Source: the human T2T-CHM13v2.0 reference genome, Homo sapiens
DNA: 64,000 bases
Direction: 5' to 3' (one strand)
Assembly (NCBI RefSeq): GCF_009914755.1
Contig: NC_060936.1
Part shown: positions 62,842 to 64,000 of the stretch, piece after piece
Numbering within the stretch: position 1 is the first letter of the stretch
Layout: each line of letters starts with the position of its first letter
Translations under genes and position numbers: made by a program
The notes under the pieces: model-generated
What the model was told of the DNA's origin: nothing
The model's input: the letters and a program-made list of their open reading frames with translations, nothing else
Databases searched by the model: none

Positions 62842-64000
62842 CTGGAACCCAGATCCCAGAAACTGCTGAACCCTTGCAGTAATAGTCACACGTGTCTCTC
62901 ACAGGGCATTGTGTAAAGCTTCTATCTGCATTTTCTCCTCAATAGAGCTGAAAGAGGTGGGCAAATCATTACCCTCTGCTATGGAGAGAAAACTGAGACA
63001 CAGAGCAACTTCGGCTGTTTCCAAGGCCCAACAGTTTAAGAAGCGGTGGAGCCCGGAACTGAATCTAGACACATGTCCCTGTAACCCGTGCATGCAATCA
63101 CCCAGCACCCTCCATGGTTGCACCAACTCAGGGCTTGGCTGTGATTGAAAATACCAGCAGAGAAGCCAGGATGGGTCCACCATTTTGGACAGGTTGACCA
63201 TCCTGAAGAAAAGTCTGCTCTTCATTTCAGGGCATGTCAGAGCTCAGTAAGGCTTGGGCCAAGGGCTTCTAGGTATTTTAAATGCCTGGAGCAGGCACCA
63301 GCTTCATCTTTGCTTATAGCCCCTCCTCTCCCTCCTTGGTCCTGCTCCCCAGAACCATCTTCTCTGCAACAAGCATGGCACATGGAACATGATGGACAGA
63401 TGGAGCTCCTGATCCCATTGTAGCCCCTCACTGAGGCAGGAAACTGGCCAGAAGGAGATGTCCATACACACCTCTTGTTTGGTTTTTGGGGATGGGGAGC
63501 ACAGTTTTTAAAATGTGACTTCCCTTAATCTACATGAGCACAGCTACTGCTTGAATAAGGTTGTCTTCCCCAACATCAGAAACACAAGACATGGGAAAAC
63601 TATCTAAGATTCAGTGTCAAGATAGAATTATTCCCCGAAAATTTGTCTCTAGCCCGTCTTCCAGCATTTGGTCTGGTTTAACCAATCCTGAATTTTTCAT
63701 GTGATCTACGAGGCTGAGCATTAACCACAGAGTAAATCCTGCATCTGAGACACCACAATACACACCTGCACTACTGAACACATCTGGATGCCGAAAGGAT
63801 TTACCCATCTTCTCTGGCTGCCTGAGGTTAAGGGACTGATCTCTGGAGACTGAAATTATTTGGGAACTGTCCAAGCCTTTCAGCCTCCTTCCCCTCCCTC
63901 GGGGCAGACCATCTTTATAAACAGGATGTGACCCTCCTCATGTTCATCTTTCTTCCCATGTCTCCAGACTTTATCCTTCTGTAGGTTTTGACCAGCCGAG

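Overview
This is human genomic DNA from the type II keratin cluster (chr12q13.13), with three paralogous genes on the minus strand. KRT6A has a complete CDS (9 exons, 564 aa; its poly(A) site lies left of the window). KRT5 is complete (9 exons, 590 aa). KRT71 is present from exon 2 to exon 9 (exon 1 lies right of the window). All three share internal exon sizes 215/61/96/165/126/221/35 bp with GT-AG junctions. The KRT6A-KRT5 interval (about 12-27 kb) is almost all nested transposons: old L1M, Alus, a HML-6/LTR3 solo LTR, MER8, MER53, an L1PA 3' end, a MaLR LTR and a decayed ERVL provirus that ends just short of the KRT5 poly(A) site. The KRT5-KRT71 interval is mostly unique, GC-rich, regulatory-looking DNA with MIR, L2, MLT1D and a nested MER63/MER33/AluY stack. 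I see no convincing new biological system. The best leads are the KRT5 p.Gly138Glu allele on this haplotype, an exon-2-restricted gene-conversion signature between KRT5 and KRT6A, a KRT5 intron-8 minisatellite, candidate enhancer and boundary motifs, and LTRs pointing at the keratin genes. Repeat family names come from recalled consensus sequences, and many repeat boundaries are approximate.
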